64,000 nucleotides of DNA from Acidobacteriota bacterium (GCA_947470805.1 CANIVU010000029.1:1583-65582), one strand, 5' to 3'. Positions 38,373 through 48,079 are shown, numbered from the stretch's first letter. Numbers and translations: made by a program. The notes: a model not told the origin generated them from the sequence alone.

Positions 38373-40271
38373 ATGTCCACATCCACCGTCGACGCCGATA
38401 TCGCCACACCCGCCAGCGCCGTCCAGATTGTCGATCAACACATCGTCGAGATCGTCAGTGATTCCGGCGAAGGCGCGCAAACCTGCGGCCAGATGTTTGC
38501 CGACCTTTGCGCGCGCAACGGCAACGGCATTTGGACCGTCGAGATCATCCCGGCCGAAATCGAACCCCCCAGCCGTTCCCGCGCCGGCGCCAGCGGCAAC
38601 CGCATCCGCCTTGGTTCCAAGCCAGTCACCAACGCCGGCGATTGCGCCGATATCGTCGTCGCGCTGAACGAACAGGTTCTCTACAGCCGGATCGACGCCG
38701 GAGCACTCCGCCCAGGCACCACCGTCTTCGTCGACAAAACATGGGCCGAAAGTCCCGACGAGGACATCCGCCGCCGCTACGCCGAAGCCATCACCGACTT
38801 CAACGCCCGGTCCTACTTTGTCGTCGAATCACCCATCGAAGCCGAGTGCCGCAAACACACCGACGACCCGAAAAAGGGCAAAAACATGTGGGTTCTCGGC
38901 TTGTTGTGCGCCATCTATGATCTGGACCGCTCCAGCGTCGGTGCCAATATCGCCAAGCGCTTCGCTAAGAAGGGCGAAGCCGTCATCAACAAAAACCTCG
39001 CTCTTTTCACCGACGGCTACGACTGGGCCCTCGCTCACGTCCGCCAGCGCTACCGGATCCCCGCGCAGAAACACACGCAGCCAATGGTTGTCATGAATGG
39101 CAATCAGGCAATCGGCCTCGGCATCATGGCGGCCGGCATCGAAGTCTGCTCCATGTATCCCATCACCCCGGCAACCTCCGCCTCCCACTTCCTGGCGCAA
39201 GCCCTCCAGGACGCCGGCGGCTTCGTCCACCAGGCCGAGGATGAGATCGCCGCCATCGGGTTCGCCATCGGCGCCTCCTACGCCGGCAAGACTGCGGTCA
39301 CGATCACCTCCGGCCCCGGCCTCGCACTCAAGACCGAGTTCCTCGGCTACGCCGGAATGGCCGAAGTCCCGTTGGTCATCGTCGTGGTTCAACGCGGCGG
39401 CCCCTCCACCGGGCTGCCCACCAAGATCGAACAGGGCGACCTGCTCGCCGCGCTCTACGCATCCCCCGGCGACAGCCCGAAGATCATCCTCGCCCCGGCC
39501 ACCATTGAAGAGTGTTTCCACTTCATGATCACCGCCCGCAAGCTCGCCGAAGACTTCCGCGGGCCAGTCATGGTGCTCTCCGATGCCAATCTCGCCACCG
39601 GCCAGCAGCCCTTCCCAAAACCCCAACTGCAAACCGATTGGCTCGCGGCTCCCATCGACCAGGCCGCCTGGGATCAAACGGTCCCGCCCTTCGCCTGGGA
39701 CGCGGAGACCGGTCTCTCCAAACGCCCCATTCCCGGCCAGCGCGGCGGCGAATACGTGTTGACAGGCCTCGCGCACGACGAGGAAAGCCACGTCGCCTAC
39801 GAATCGGCCATCAACCAAAAAACTATGGAAATGCGCAGCCGCAAACTCGCGGTGCTGCAAAGCGTGCTGCGGCCGCCCAAGGTCTACGGCGACCCCGAAG
39901 GCGACCTGCTTGTCATCGGCTGGGGCTCCACGCTTGGCTGTATTGAAGAGGCCGTCGACCAGTTGCGTGCCGAAGGCAAGCGCGTCTCCTCCATCCACCT
40001 GCGCTTCCTCTCGCCCATGGAACCGGGGCTCAAACAGATCTTCCAGAAGTTTCGCCGCGTCATGACCGTGGAGGTGAATTATAGCGACCCTGTCGGGGCA
40101 CCCTACATCACCCCCGAATCCCGGCGCTATTCGCAACTGGCGCAACTGCTGCGCTCCCAAACCCTCGTCGACATCGATTGCTGGGGGCAAGTCCCCGGCA
40201 GCCCCATCCCCCCGTCGAAGATCGCCGCCGAACTTCGCCGCCGCCTCGACGCGATCACCAAGGAGAACTAA
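38373..40271 (+). CDS. korA: 2-oxoacid:acceptor oxidoreductase subunit alpha (gamma-alpha fusion)
   Basis: DSGEG, YPITPAT, QAEDEIAA, TSGPGLALK.E, QRGGPSTGLPT. Confidence 0.9.
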   Translation: MSTSTVDADIATPASAVQIVDQHIVEIVSDSGEGAQTCGQMFADLCARNGNGIWTVEIIPAEIEPPSRSRAGASGNRIRLGSKPVTNAGDCADIVVALNEQVLYSRIDAGALRPGTTVFVDKTWAESPDEDIRRRYAEAITDFNARSYFVVESPIEAECRKHTDDPKKGKNMWVLGLLCAIYDLDRSSVGANIAKRFAKKGEAVINKNLALFTDGYDWALAHVRQRYRIPAQKHTQPMVVMNGNQAIGLGIMAAGIEVCSMYPITPATSASHFLAQALQDAGGFVHQAEDEIAAIGFAIGASYAGKTAVTITSGPGLALKTEFLGYAGMAEVPLVIVVVQRGGPSTGLPTKIEQGDLLAALYASPGDSPKIILAPATIEECFHFMITARKLAEDFRGPVMVLSDANLATGQQPFPKPQLQTDWLAAPIDQAAWDQTVPPFAWDAETGLSKRPIPGQRGGEYVLTGLAHDEESHVAYESAINQKTMEMRSRKLAVLQSVLRPPKVYGDPEGDLLVIGWGSTLGCIEEAVDQLRAEGKRVSSIHLRFLSPMEPGLKQIFQKFRRVMTVEVNYSDPVGAPYITPESRRYSQLAQLLRSQTLVDIDCWGQVPGSPIPPSKIAAELRRRLDAITKEN

Positions 40272-40273
40272 CC

Positions 40274-41227
40274 ATGCAAGGTCTACACAAAGAGTGGGAA
40301 GCCGAAGCCGCCCCCCGTACCTGCGCCATCGAAGACTACCAGGGCGCCGCGGCCCGCTGGTGCCCCGGCTGCGGGGATCATGCCGTTCTCAACGCCGTCC
40401 AGCGTTTGGCGCGTGATAAACAGCTCCCGCCGGAGAAGACCGTCTGCGTCTCCGGTATCGGCTGCTCCAGCCGCTTCCCCCACTACATGAGCACCTACGG
40501 GTTCCACGGTCTTCATGGCCGGGCGTTTCCCGTGGCCTGCGGCGTCCGCTCCCGCCGTCCGGATCTGCACATGTTCGTTGTTACCGGCGATGGCGACTGC
40601 TGCGCCATCGGCACAGCGCACTGGATCCACACCATTCGCTACAACATGGATCTCACCATCCTGCTGCTCGACAACAACATCTACGGTCTCACCAAGAACC
40701 AAACCTCACCCACCACGCGCACCGGTGAGAAATCCAACACCCACCCGCGCGGCAACGTCCTGCCACCGCTCAATCCGCTATCGGTTACTCTCGGCGTCAC
40801 CAACGCCTCCTTCGTCGCCCAAACAGTGGACTGGAACCCGCCGCATCTCTACAACACCATTCGCGCCGCCTACGAACACAAAGGCACCTCCTTCGTGCGC
40901 GTCCTGCAACGCTGCCCGCACTTCACCTCCCACATCTTCGCCGAAGCGCAGAGCGACATGAGCCAGTGCCTGCTGCTGCTCGATGACGCCGGCATTCCGC
41001 TCGACCCCGGCCTGCAGAGACTCTTCCCCAATCGCGCCGCGCACAATCCGTGCGATCTCGCCTCCGCGCGGGCCATCGCCAGCCGCGAGGATGTCTATCC
41101 CGTCGGCCTGCTCTACCGTGACGAAAACGCCGCCCGCTACGACCTCCAAACGTCGCAGGGACTCGGCAAATCGCAGGCCGAAAAAGTCGCCGCCACCGAA
41201 AAGTGGCTCAGCAAGTACGAACTGTAG
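40274..41227 (+). CDS. korB: 2-oxoacid:ferredoxin oxidoreductase subunit beta
   Basis: WCPGCGD, SGIGCSSR, LHGR, GDGD, NNIYGLTKNQTSPT. Confidence 0.92.
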   Translation: MQGLHKEWEAEAAPRTCAIEDYQGAAARWCPGCGDHAVLNAVQRLARDKQLPPEKTVCVSGIGCSSRFPHYMSTYGFHGLHGRAFPVACGVRSRRPDLHMFVVTGDGDCCAIGTAHWIHTIRYNMDLTILLLDNNIYGLTKNQTSPTTRTGEKSNTHPRGNVLPPLNPLSVTLGVTNASFVAQTVDWNPPHLYNTIRAAYEHKGTSFVRVLQRCPHFTSHIFAEAQSDMSQCLLLLDDAGIPLDPGLQRLFPNRAAHNPCDLASARAIASREDVYPVGLLYRDENAARYDLQTSQGLGKSQAEKVAATEKWLSKYEL

Positions 41228-41235
41228 AGGATGCC

Positions 41236-42762
41236 ATGACAGCCACCATCCCCGAACAACTGCGCACCTTCCACATCACCGGCCACGGCATGGACGAATC
41301 CGTCCCGGCGCTCTCCGTCGAAGGGGTCACCAACGCCCACGCCTTGCCCAGCCTCGAAGCCACCTACCCCATTCGCCTCGCCTCCGGCCTGCTCGTCCCT
41401 TTCAACGCCGAAGCCGCGATCACCCTTCCCATCGCCGCCCTCCTCGAAACGCGAGCCCCACTTCACGCGGCCTTCATCGAGACGGTGCGCCGCACCGCGG
41501 AACGGCTGGAGGACCTGCTCGCTCTCGATACCAGCCACGCCGACGACGCTGTATCCCCGGCCACGCTCACCAACGCGCTTGGTGCCGGAGGCCAGTATCT
41601 CAACACCGCCGGCCTCACCGCCGCCCTGCGTCGCCGCACCACTTCCGTGCACCGCATGACACCGGAACGCCGCGACCGCTGCAGCCACGCGCTCCTCGCG
41701 CTCCTGCAAGCTCTCGCCGTCGTCCCGCCTCCCTTCGCACTCTTCCACACCAGCCCGGTGCCCAACCCGTTCAACGGCCAACTGCACCACTCCGCCGATC
41801 CCTGCTCGGCCGCCGTCGATCACGCCCGCAGCCAGTTGACCGCCATGCAGTCCACGCTTCGCGCCCTGCGTCTGGCGCGTCTGGAACTGGACGACGCCTA
41901 CGACCCCGCCCACCACGACGCCATCCTCGAACGCTTCCGCTGGGAAGCAGCCGACCCGGCCGAGGTCGCCGCCCAACCGCCCGTCATCGCCGTCCTTTCC
42001 GCCGACGAAGCCGCCGCCCTCCCGCTCCAATCGCTCTCGCGCGCGCTCCACTCCGGCTGCCCGATTCTCATCATCGTCACCAAGCCGGCCCTCACCGCCG
42101 CCGACATCAAATCCACCAGCCCCGATCTGGCGCAGATCGCCTTGGCGCATCGTGACGCCTACGTCCTGCAGGCATCTCTCGGGCACCCAGCACATCTACA
42201 GTCGGCTCTCGCCGCACTCACCCAATGCGTCCGCCCGGCGTTGGCGGTAATCGCCGTGCCCTCCGCCGGCGGGTGGCCCGAAGCCGTCCTGCTACCGCTC
42301 GCCAAGGCCTTCGCGCTGTTCTCCTACAATCCCGCCCGCGGCCCGGCCTGGCGCGATAGTCTCGACCTTTTCCCCATCGAACCCAACCCCTGGACCGCGG
42401 CCCACGCCGCCGCCTGCAACGCCTCTTTCCGCTACCACTTCCGAATGTTGCCCGCCGAAGCCGATGAACATGACCCCATCGAACTCGGCAAGTACCTCGA
42501 ACAGTTCCGGAACCAGCCTCCGCTGGCAGTCCCGTTTCTCGCCATTGCGGAGGATGCGAAGGTTGCGGTCTCTCGCGATCTCGCCGAGTTCTGCCACGAC
42601 CGCCTACAGGCATATCAACTTTTGGAGCAAGCGCTCCAGAAACCCCAGCCTCCCTCGGAACCCATGCCCGCTTCCAGGGAAGCCACCGAACTAGCCATGC
42701 GTCAGGGCGCCGAGATCGCCGTCGCTCGCGTGGTGGCACTACTAACCGGCACTCAATCATAA
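41236..42762 (+). CDS. Degenerate PFOR C-terminal (beta-domain)-like protein lacking catalytic motifs
   Basis: Colinear by-eye similarity to the last third of 31244..36184; no GDG TPP motif and no CxxC Fe-S motif. Confidence 0.75.
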   Translation: MTATIPEQLRTFHITGHGMDESVPALSVEGVTNAHALPSLEATYPIRLASGLLVPFNAEAAITLPIAALLETRAPLHAAFIETVRRTAERLEDLLALDTSHADDAVSPATLTNALGAGGQYLNTAGLTAALRRRTTSVHRMTPERRDRCSHALLALLQALAVVPPPFALFHTSPVPNPFNGQLHHSADPCSAAVDHARSQLTAMQSTLRALRLARLELDDAYDPAHHDAILERFRWEAADPAEVAAQPPVIAVLSADEAAALPLQSLSRALHSGCPILIIVTKPALTAADIKSTSPDLAQIALAHRDAYVLQASLGHPAHLQSALAALTQCVRPALAVIAVPSAGGWPEAVLLPLAKAFALFSYNPARGPAWRDSLDLFPIEPNPWTAAHAAACNASFRYHFRMLPAEADEHDPIELGKYLEQFRNQPPLAVPFLAIAEDAKVAVSRDLAEFCHDRLQAYQLLEQALQKPQPPSEPMPASREATELAMRQGAEIAVARVVALLTGTQS

Positions 42763-42782
42763 GGCACGGAAGGCGGAATACC

Positions 42783-43169
42783 ATGACTCAGAAGACGCAG
42801 TCCCTTTACGATCGTATCGGTGGCGAGGAAGCAGTCGCCGGCCTCGTCGACCACTTCTATGATCGTGTCCTCGACGACCCGGAACTCGAACCTTTCTTCC
42901 GCTACACGCCGATGGAGAAACTCCGCTCCATGCAGTTGGAGTTTTTCGCCGCCGCCCTCGATGGGCCGGTCAAATACACCGGCCAACCCATCGACTACAT
43001 CCATCAGGGTCGAGGTATCACCACCAAGCACTTGACCCGCTTCATGGGACACCTGCTCATGACCATCCGCGAATTCCACCCGAATGAGAAGGAAGTCGAC
43101 GAGATGATCCAGCGCATCAGCACCTATGCCGACGATGTACTCGACGGCGCCCCCGGCGACTCCGAATAG
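42783..43169 (+). CDS. Group I truncated haemoglobin
   Basis: SLYDRIGG..AV...VD.FY.RVL.D..L.PFF, YTG, proximal His in IHQG. Confidence 0.9.
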   Translation: MTQKTQSLYDRIGGEEAVAGLVDHFYDRVLDDPELEPFFRYTPMEKLRSMQLEFFAAALDGPVKYTGQPIDYIHQGRGITTKHLTRFMGHLLMTIREFHPNEKEVDEMIQRISTYADDVLDGAPGDSE

Positions 43170-43190
43170 AAAACTGCGATAATCGCGTGC

Positions 43191-43751
43191 ATGCTCCGCC
43201 GCACGCTTCTCGCCTCGTTCGCCGCCGCCAGTGTCTTAGCGCAAAACGCGAAAAAGAAACCGCTCGACGTCCCCTACGTGCCCACGACGGAAGCGGCCGT
43301 GCGGGAGATGTTGAAGCTTGCCAAGGTACAGAAAAGTGATGTCGTCTATGACCTTGGCTGCGGTGATGGTCGCATCGTCATCACCGCGGCGAAAGAGTAC
43401 GGCACTCGCGGCGTGGGCTTCGACATCGACCCGCAGCGCATCAAAGAAGCTCGCGAGAACGCCAAAAAGGCCGGCGTCGAACACCTCGTCCGCTTCGAGG
43501 AAAAGGATCTCTTCCTGGCCGACTTCCGCGAAGCCACGGTCGTCACCATCTTCCTGCTCCCGCAAATCAATCTGCGGCTCCGCCCCAAGCTGTTGAAAGA
43601 CCTGAAACCCGGCTCCCGCGTCGTGTCCAATACCTTCGACATGGGCGATTGGAAGGCCGAAAAACAGGCCAGCCTCGCCGAGTCCGACGACGAGTACACC
43701 GGACTCAGCCAGAACTTCTTCCTCTGGGTCATTCCCCAATCCGGGAAGTAG
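43191..43751 (+). CDS. Class I SAM-dependent methyltransferase
   Basis: DVPYVPT, YDLGCGDGRI, LKPGSRVVSN.FDMGDW. Confidence 0.9.
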   Translation: MLRRTLLASFAAASVLAQNAKKKPLDVPYVPTTEAAVREMLKLAKVQKSDVVYDLGCGDGRIVITAAKEYGTRGVGFDIDPQRIKEARENAKKAGVEHLVRFEEKDLFLADFREATVVTIFLLPQINLRLRPKLLKDLKPGSRVVSNTFDMGDWKAEKQASLAESDDEYTGLSQNFFLWVIPQSGK

Positions 43752-44879
43752 CTACCGCTTAAAGAAACTCGAAGCCGTATTCTTCCACTGGTCCACGGCC
43801 GACGCTTCCGGCGCGTCCGCCGCCGCCTGCTTCGCCCCGCACTTCGGACAGAACCGCGTCCCCGGCGGCAGCGGCGTCTCGCACTGGTGGCACGCCGAAG
43901 CCACCGCCACCGCCGTCACCGGCCGGCCACACTGCGGGCAGAACGACAGCTTCGAATTCACCAGCGTCCCGCAGGCGCACTTCAGCCGTTCCCCGCCCTC
44001 GTGCAGTCCCAGCACGTCGCGCTTGTAATCCCCGGCCAGCACGCGCCTGTATTCTTCCCCGCCCGCCCATTCGCGCAGCGTCTTCAGCCGCACCGGAATG
44101 AACGGATGTGTGTTCGTCGCGTTCTCCAGAATCGAAACCAACAGCACCAGCTTGTTCACATCCTTGTGAGCCTGTACCTGCGAAATCGCCGACTCCAGGT
44201 TCACCTCATCCTCGTACCCATCCACCGTCCCGGCCAGCTTCGATAGTGCCCGCAAACTCGGCTCCAGATCCTGCACGCAAAGCAGCGCCGCCCGGTCGCA
44301 GGTGAACTCCGCTCGCCGGTACCACTCCCAATACGCCAGCAAAAGCGGTATACGCAGCAGCCCCAAGCCCGGAATCGGCACCACCGACGCCAACAGATCC
44401 CAATAGCGAATCAGCAGGTCGCCCAACTGCCGGTACAGCCCGTGGGCGCACTTGATATGGCCGATCTCGTGGCCAATCACGAAGCACAACTCGTCCGGCG
44501 TCAGCGTCTCAATCAGTCCGCTGTGCAACACAATGCATGTCCGCCGCTGCCCCGCCGTGTAGGCGTTCAACACCGGGTTCGTCGTGATGTACAACTCCGG
44601 CACCGGGCACGACAAAATCTCCGCGCACCGCACCACCAGCGCATGCAGCGACGGAAAGCATTCGGCATTCGCCCGGATCATCTGCTCGTTATTTGTTAGA
44701 TAGGTGATCTGCTCGGTGAAGTTCTCCTGCAGCCACGTCAGCAACGGCCCCGCGCCCGGCACGGACTTCAACGCCGCCAGCGCCTCTTCGTCTCCCGGAT
44801 AGGTGAACGTCTGATGCGAAATCTCCGGAAACAGGTTCTGCGTCGGTGAATAGACCTTGGCGTCGGTGTGCTTGATCAT
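43752..44879 (-). CDS. M48 family metallopeptidase with C-terminal double zinc ribbons
   Basis: NAYTAG, HEIGH, EFTCDRAAL, THP; CACG..CPQCG and CHQC..CPKCG. Confidence 0.9.
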   Translation of the reverse strand: MIKHTDAKVYSPTQNLFPEISHQTFTYPGDEEALAALKSVPGAGPLLTWLQENFTEQITYLTNNEQMIRANAECFPSLHALVVRCAEILSCPVPELYITTNPVLNAYTAGQRRTCIVLHSGLIETLTPDELCFVIGHEIGHIKCAHGLYRQLGDLLIRYWDLLASVVPIPGLGLLRIPLLLAYWEWYRRAEFTCDRAALLCVQDLEPSLRALSKLAGTVDGYEDEVNLESAISQVQAHKDVNKLVLLVSILENATNTHPFIPVRLKTLREWAGGEEYRRVLAGDYKRDVLGLHEGGERLKCACGTLVNSKLSFCPQCGRPVTAVAVASACHQCETPLPPGTRFCPKCGAKQAAADAPEASAVDQWKNTASSFFKR

Positions 44880-44900
44880 CCTTTCAGTTATAGCCCAACA

Positions 44901-45761
44901 CTACCCGTAGCGCTGTAGCAGATAGGAGACGTAGCCCGAGTGCTCGCCAGTGGCCGGCAGCGATGCAAATACCTCCTGGTAACGCCGCGCCACGAAGGGA
45001 ATCCCGTCCTGGGCGGCCAACGCGCTAAACCGCCGCACCTCTTCGCCATGCGCGGCCGCCTCGGAATCCCCCGGAACATCGAAGCACAAGTAGATCAGCA
45101 CAAAACGGCCGCCATACTGCCGCCGCAAACCCAGCAGATGTTGCATCAACTGCGCCGCGTGCAGATGCTTGTGCTGATCGTCCTCAGGCGAAATCGCGCC
45201 CGCCAGCGTCCGCAACGCCGGCCACCCATTCCACAACTACGTCTCCCGCAGATACGCCCCATGCAGTCCCGCCGCCGGCTTCCCCATATACAGTTCACAG
45301 AACTTGGACTCAATCGCCACCACCCCATCGCGCACACGCATCTGCACATCCAGATGCGGCGCCGTGTGGAACCGGGGGTTCACCACGTTCGTCACTTCAA
45401 AATCGATTCGCTCGATCGGCATCGGCGCCACCCCGCAGGCCGGCAGTAACGGTGCCAACGCCGCCTCCCGCTCCGCCCCGTACGCCATCGCCAGAAACCG
45501 TCGCCAGTACTGAAACACATTCACGCAGAGCGCCGCCGAAGAGTGCGTCGCGCACAACTTGCCACTTGCCAACTCCCCGCCCGCTCCGGCCAGAAACTGC
45601 GCTCGGGATTCGGCGTCCAAAGGCGCAAACAGGTTCTGCTCCAGCACTGGCAGATACCCGCTCGCCGTGCTCCCCGGTCTGCCCACTGGCGGCCCTGGCA
45701 CCAAGCCCCTCGCCTGCGCCCATCGCTCCTGTTGCTCCATAATCTGTCGCCGTAAACTCAT
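44901..45761 (-). pseudogene. PGN_0703-like putative restriction endonuclease interrupted by one in-frame TAG (45237-45239)
   Basis: HSSAALCVNVF, PHLDV..VAIESKFCE, then YLRET*LWNGW..HLHAAQLMQHLLGL; the two listed ORFs are in the same frame and abut. Confidence 0.75.
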
Positions 45762-46516
45762 GTCGAATAGGTGAACTCCGGCCGGAACTGCACACTGTGC
45801 GCATCGGCCTGCTGAAGGTGGAGCGCCGCCACCCGGCGCAGATAGGGCCGAACCGCCGGGCACGCCACAAGCTCCGAAGCAATCCGCTGCGTCTCTCGCA
45901 GAATCTCTACCTTTACACCACTCTGCACCGGGAAATTCACGAATACCAGGTAGAGGTCCACCCGCGGATCGTCCGGCCACGGCAGGCGATTTCCGTATTG
46001 CTTGTACAACCGCTGGCGCTGGCTGGGCGTCACCAACTCCGCCGCCGCCGTAAGCAGTTGCGCCAACGCCGAAAACGCCGTCGAATCTCCCGCAATTTTC
46101 ACCTCAGCCAGAATCGGAACGTCACTCGACAGCAGCAGGTCAAACCGGACAAACTGCGTCCTGCTCTGACCATTCGAATAAAGGACCGACTGAAACGTCC
46201 GCGCCGGCACCACCTCCCGGTCCACATATCGGAACCCCAACGCGGGCGCCGCCGGAACGGACGCCTCGCCGGCCCGCTCCAACAAACACGCCAGATTCTC
46301 CGTCCGTGATAAATCCCCCGGTACCAGCGGCGGACGCTCGGCAGGATAAAACGGTTCGTCATTCACGTACGAACTGAACTGCGCCACACTCTCCGCAAAC
46401 GCATGCCCCACGGCCGCGCCACTCGCCCCGCGCGCCATCCGCAAATGCTCCGCCGCCGGCAACTTCTTCACCGCCGCAAACCGCCCTCGCAGCGTCGTGT
46501 ACGGAATCGTCAACAC
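45758..46516 (-). CDS. Putative PD-(D/E)XK nuclease-fold protein
   Basis: YVDRE...RFDLLL...ILAEVK...ALAQLL; ATGA overlap with the downstream nuclease gene. Confidence 0.6.
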   Translation of the reverse strand: MLTIPYTTLRGRFAAVKKLPAAEHLRMARGASGAAVGHAFAESVAQFSSYVNDEPFYPAERPPLVPGDLSRTENLACLLERAGEASVPAAPALGFRYVDREVVPARTFQSVLYSNGQSRTQFVRFDLLLSSDVPILAEVKIAGDSTAFSALAQLLTAAAELVTPSQRQRLYKQYGNRLPWPDDPRVDLYLVFVNFPVQSGVKVEILRETQRIASELVACPAVRPYLRRVAALHLQQADAHSVQFRPEFTYST

Positions 46517-48079
46517 CTACTTCACCCCAAACAGCCCCGGTCGGATTCGCTTATATTCGAACCGCGCAGGATTCACACCCGTCACCCCGCCTGAATCCAC
46601 TTCAATGATCTTCGCCGCCACGGGCTCATACGCCGCCCGCGGCGCAATCGTTCCCTTCGCCACCAATATCTTCATCCGCTCGGGATAAATCCCCACACTG
46701 ATCAGCTGATTCAGACTGAACGGAATGATCCGTTTCGGCGTCAACAGCAACAAATTCGGCATATCCGGCGTAGAACCCTCCACCTCGATCACCACCGAAA
46801 TCCCCATGTCCCAATACCGTCCGCCTCCGTGCCGCACCGCCGTCTCCACAAACCGCCCATCGTGGATCCCCTTCACCCGCCCCTTCACGCGCACCGAATC
46901 GCCGTGCAGGTTATCCGTCTTCCCGCCCACCGGCATGTCGAACGTGCCACCCACGCCCGCCCGGATCGCCGCTTGCACCGCCGAAGGATCGGAGATCGTC
47001 ACCGACCACCCTTCCGCCTTCTGCTTCAACAGCTCCGCCAAAATAAACGTGCTATCGCCCGCCGAACCGCCGCCGATATTGTCGCCGGCGTCCATCAGCG
47101 CCACCGGCCACTGCCCGTTGGTCATCGCCATACGCACCGCCTCCGCCGCCGTCGGCGCCTTCAGCAATAGCTGCGATCGCATGCCCCACAACATGTCCCC
47201 CAACCGCTCCGCCTCCCGCTTCGCCAGTGCCGCGTCGTTGTTGGTCACCACCACCACGCTCGGCCCCATCGCCGGAATATCGGCGTATTGATACCCGCCT
47301 GCCACCGAGGCAACAATCACGCCCGGCTGCTTCTCCAGCTTCTTACTCGCATCCGTAATTGGCAGCATCGGCGGCGCGTAGGTGTTGTGGTAGAGGATGT
47401 TCAACAGCATCGGCGGCTTCACCAGCGCCTGGGTCGGCTTCACCTTGCCGGACACAATATCGGCCATGATCCGCGCCGCCGTCACCCCGGCATCGCGCGC
47501 GTCCAAATGCGGGCACTCCTTGTAGGCCAGCAGCACCGTCGTCAGCTTCACAATCTCCTCGGAGATATTGGCGTGAAAGTCGTGCACGACGACAATCGGG
47601 ATCGAATCGCCAAACACCTTTCGCACCCGCCGCACCACCTCGGCATCGGCGTGCGGATAACTCTCCGTCACCATCGTCCCGTGCAGAAACAGCAAAATCC
47701 CATCCAGCTTCGGCGCCGCGCGAAGCCCGTCGACCAGCTCCTTTGTCAGCGTTTCAAACGCCGAATCCAGCACCGTCCCCATCGTCTGCGGCCCGGCCAG
47801 CATCGTCGGGTACAAATCGAAACCATACTTCGAGGCCCCGTAAATAAAGCCCGCCGTCGTATTGTTCGCCTTTGCCGACTGGGTGATCAGATCCTTCCCG
47901 CGCAGAATCCCATCCACCCCGCCAATGCCCTGCTCGAACTCCGCCAGCCCGGTCTTCTTCGGATTGAATGTGTTTGTCTCATGAACAATCCCGCCCACCC
48001 CAATCAGCGGCCGCGTCTGTCCAAACACCAACGATCCAAGGAAAAGCGCAATGGCAATGCGGTTCATGAGCCGCATCAT
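46517..48079 (-). CDS. M81 family metallopeptidase (MlrC-like), exported
   Basis: HETNTF, LHGTM, DFHAN, PHLD, DNIGGGSAGD. Confidence 0.9.
   Translation of the reverse strand: MMRLMNRIAIALFLGSLVFGQTRPLIGVGGIVHETNTFNPKKTGLAEFEQGIGGVDGILRGKDLITQSAKANNTTAGFIYGASKYGFDLYPTMLAGPQTMGTVLDSAFETLTKELVDGLRAAPKLDGILLFLHGTMVTESYPHADAEVVRRVRKVFGDSIPIVVVHDFHANISEEIVKLTTVLLAYKECPHLDARDAGVTAARIMADIVSGKVKPTQALVKPPMLLNILYHNTYAPPMLPITDASKKLEKQPGVIVASVAGGYQYADIPAMGPSVVVVTNNDAALAKREAERLGDMLWGMRSQLLLKAPTAAEAVRMAMTNGQWPVALMDAGDNIGGGSAGDSTFILAELLKQKAEGWSVTISDPSAVQAAIRAGVGGTFDMPVGGKTDNLHGDSVRVKGRVKGIHDGRFVETAVRHGGGRYWDMGISVVIEVEGSTPDMPNLLLLTPKRIIPFSLNQLISVGIYPERMKILVAKGTIAPRAAYEPVAAKIIEVDSGGVTGVNPARFEYKRIRPGLFGVK

Noticed and set aside
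43191..43751. Methyltransferase as cognate DNA methylase of the nuclease pair
   Set aside because: It has an export-like N-terminus, lacks DPPY/NPPY or PC motifs, and is on the opposite strand beyond the M48 gene.
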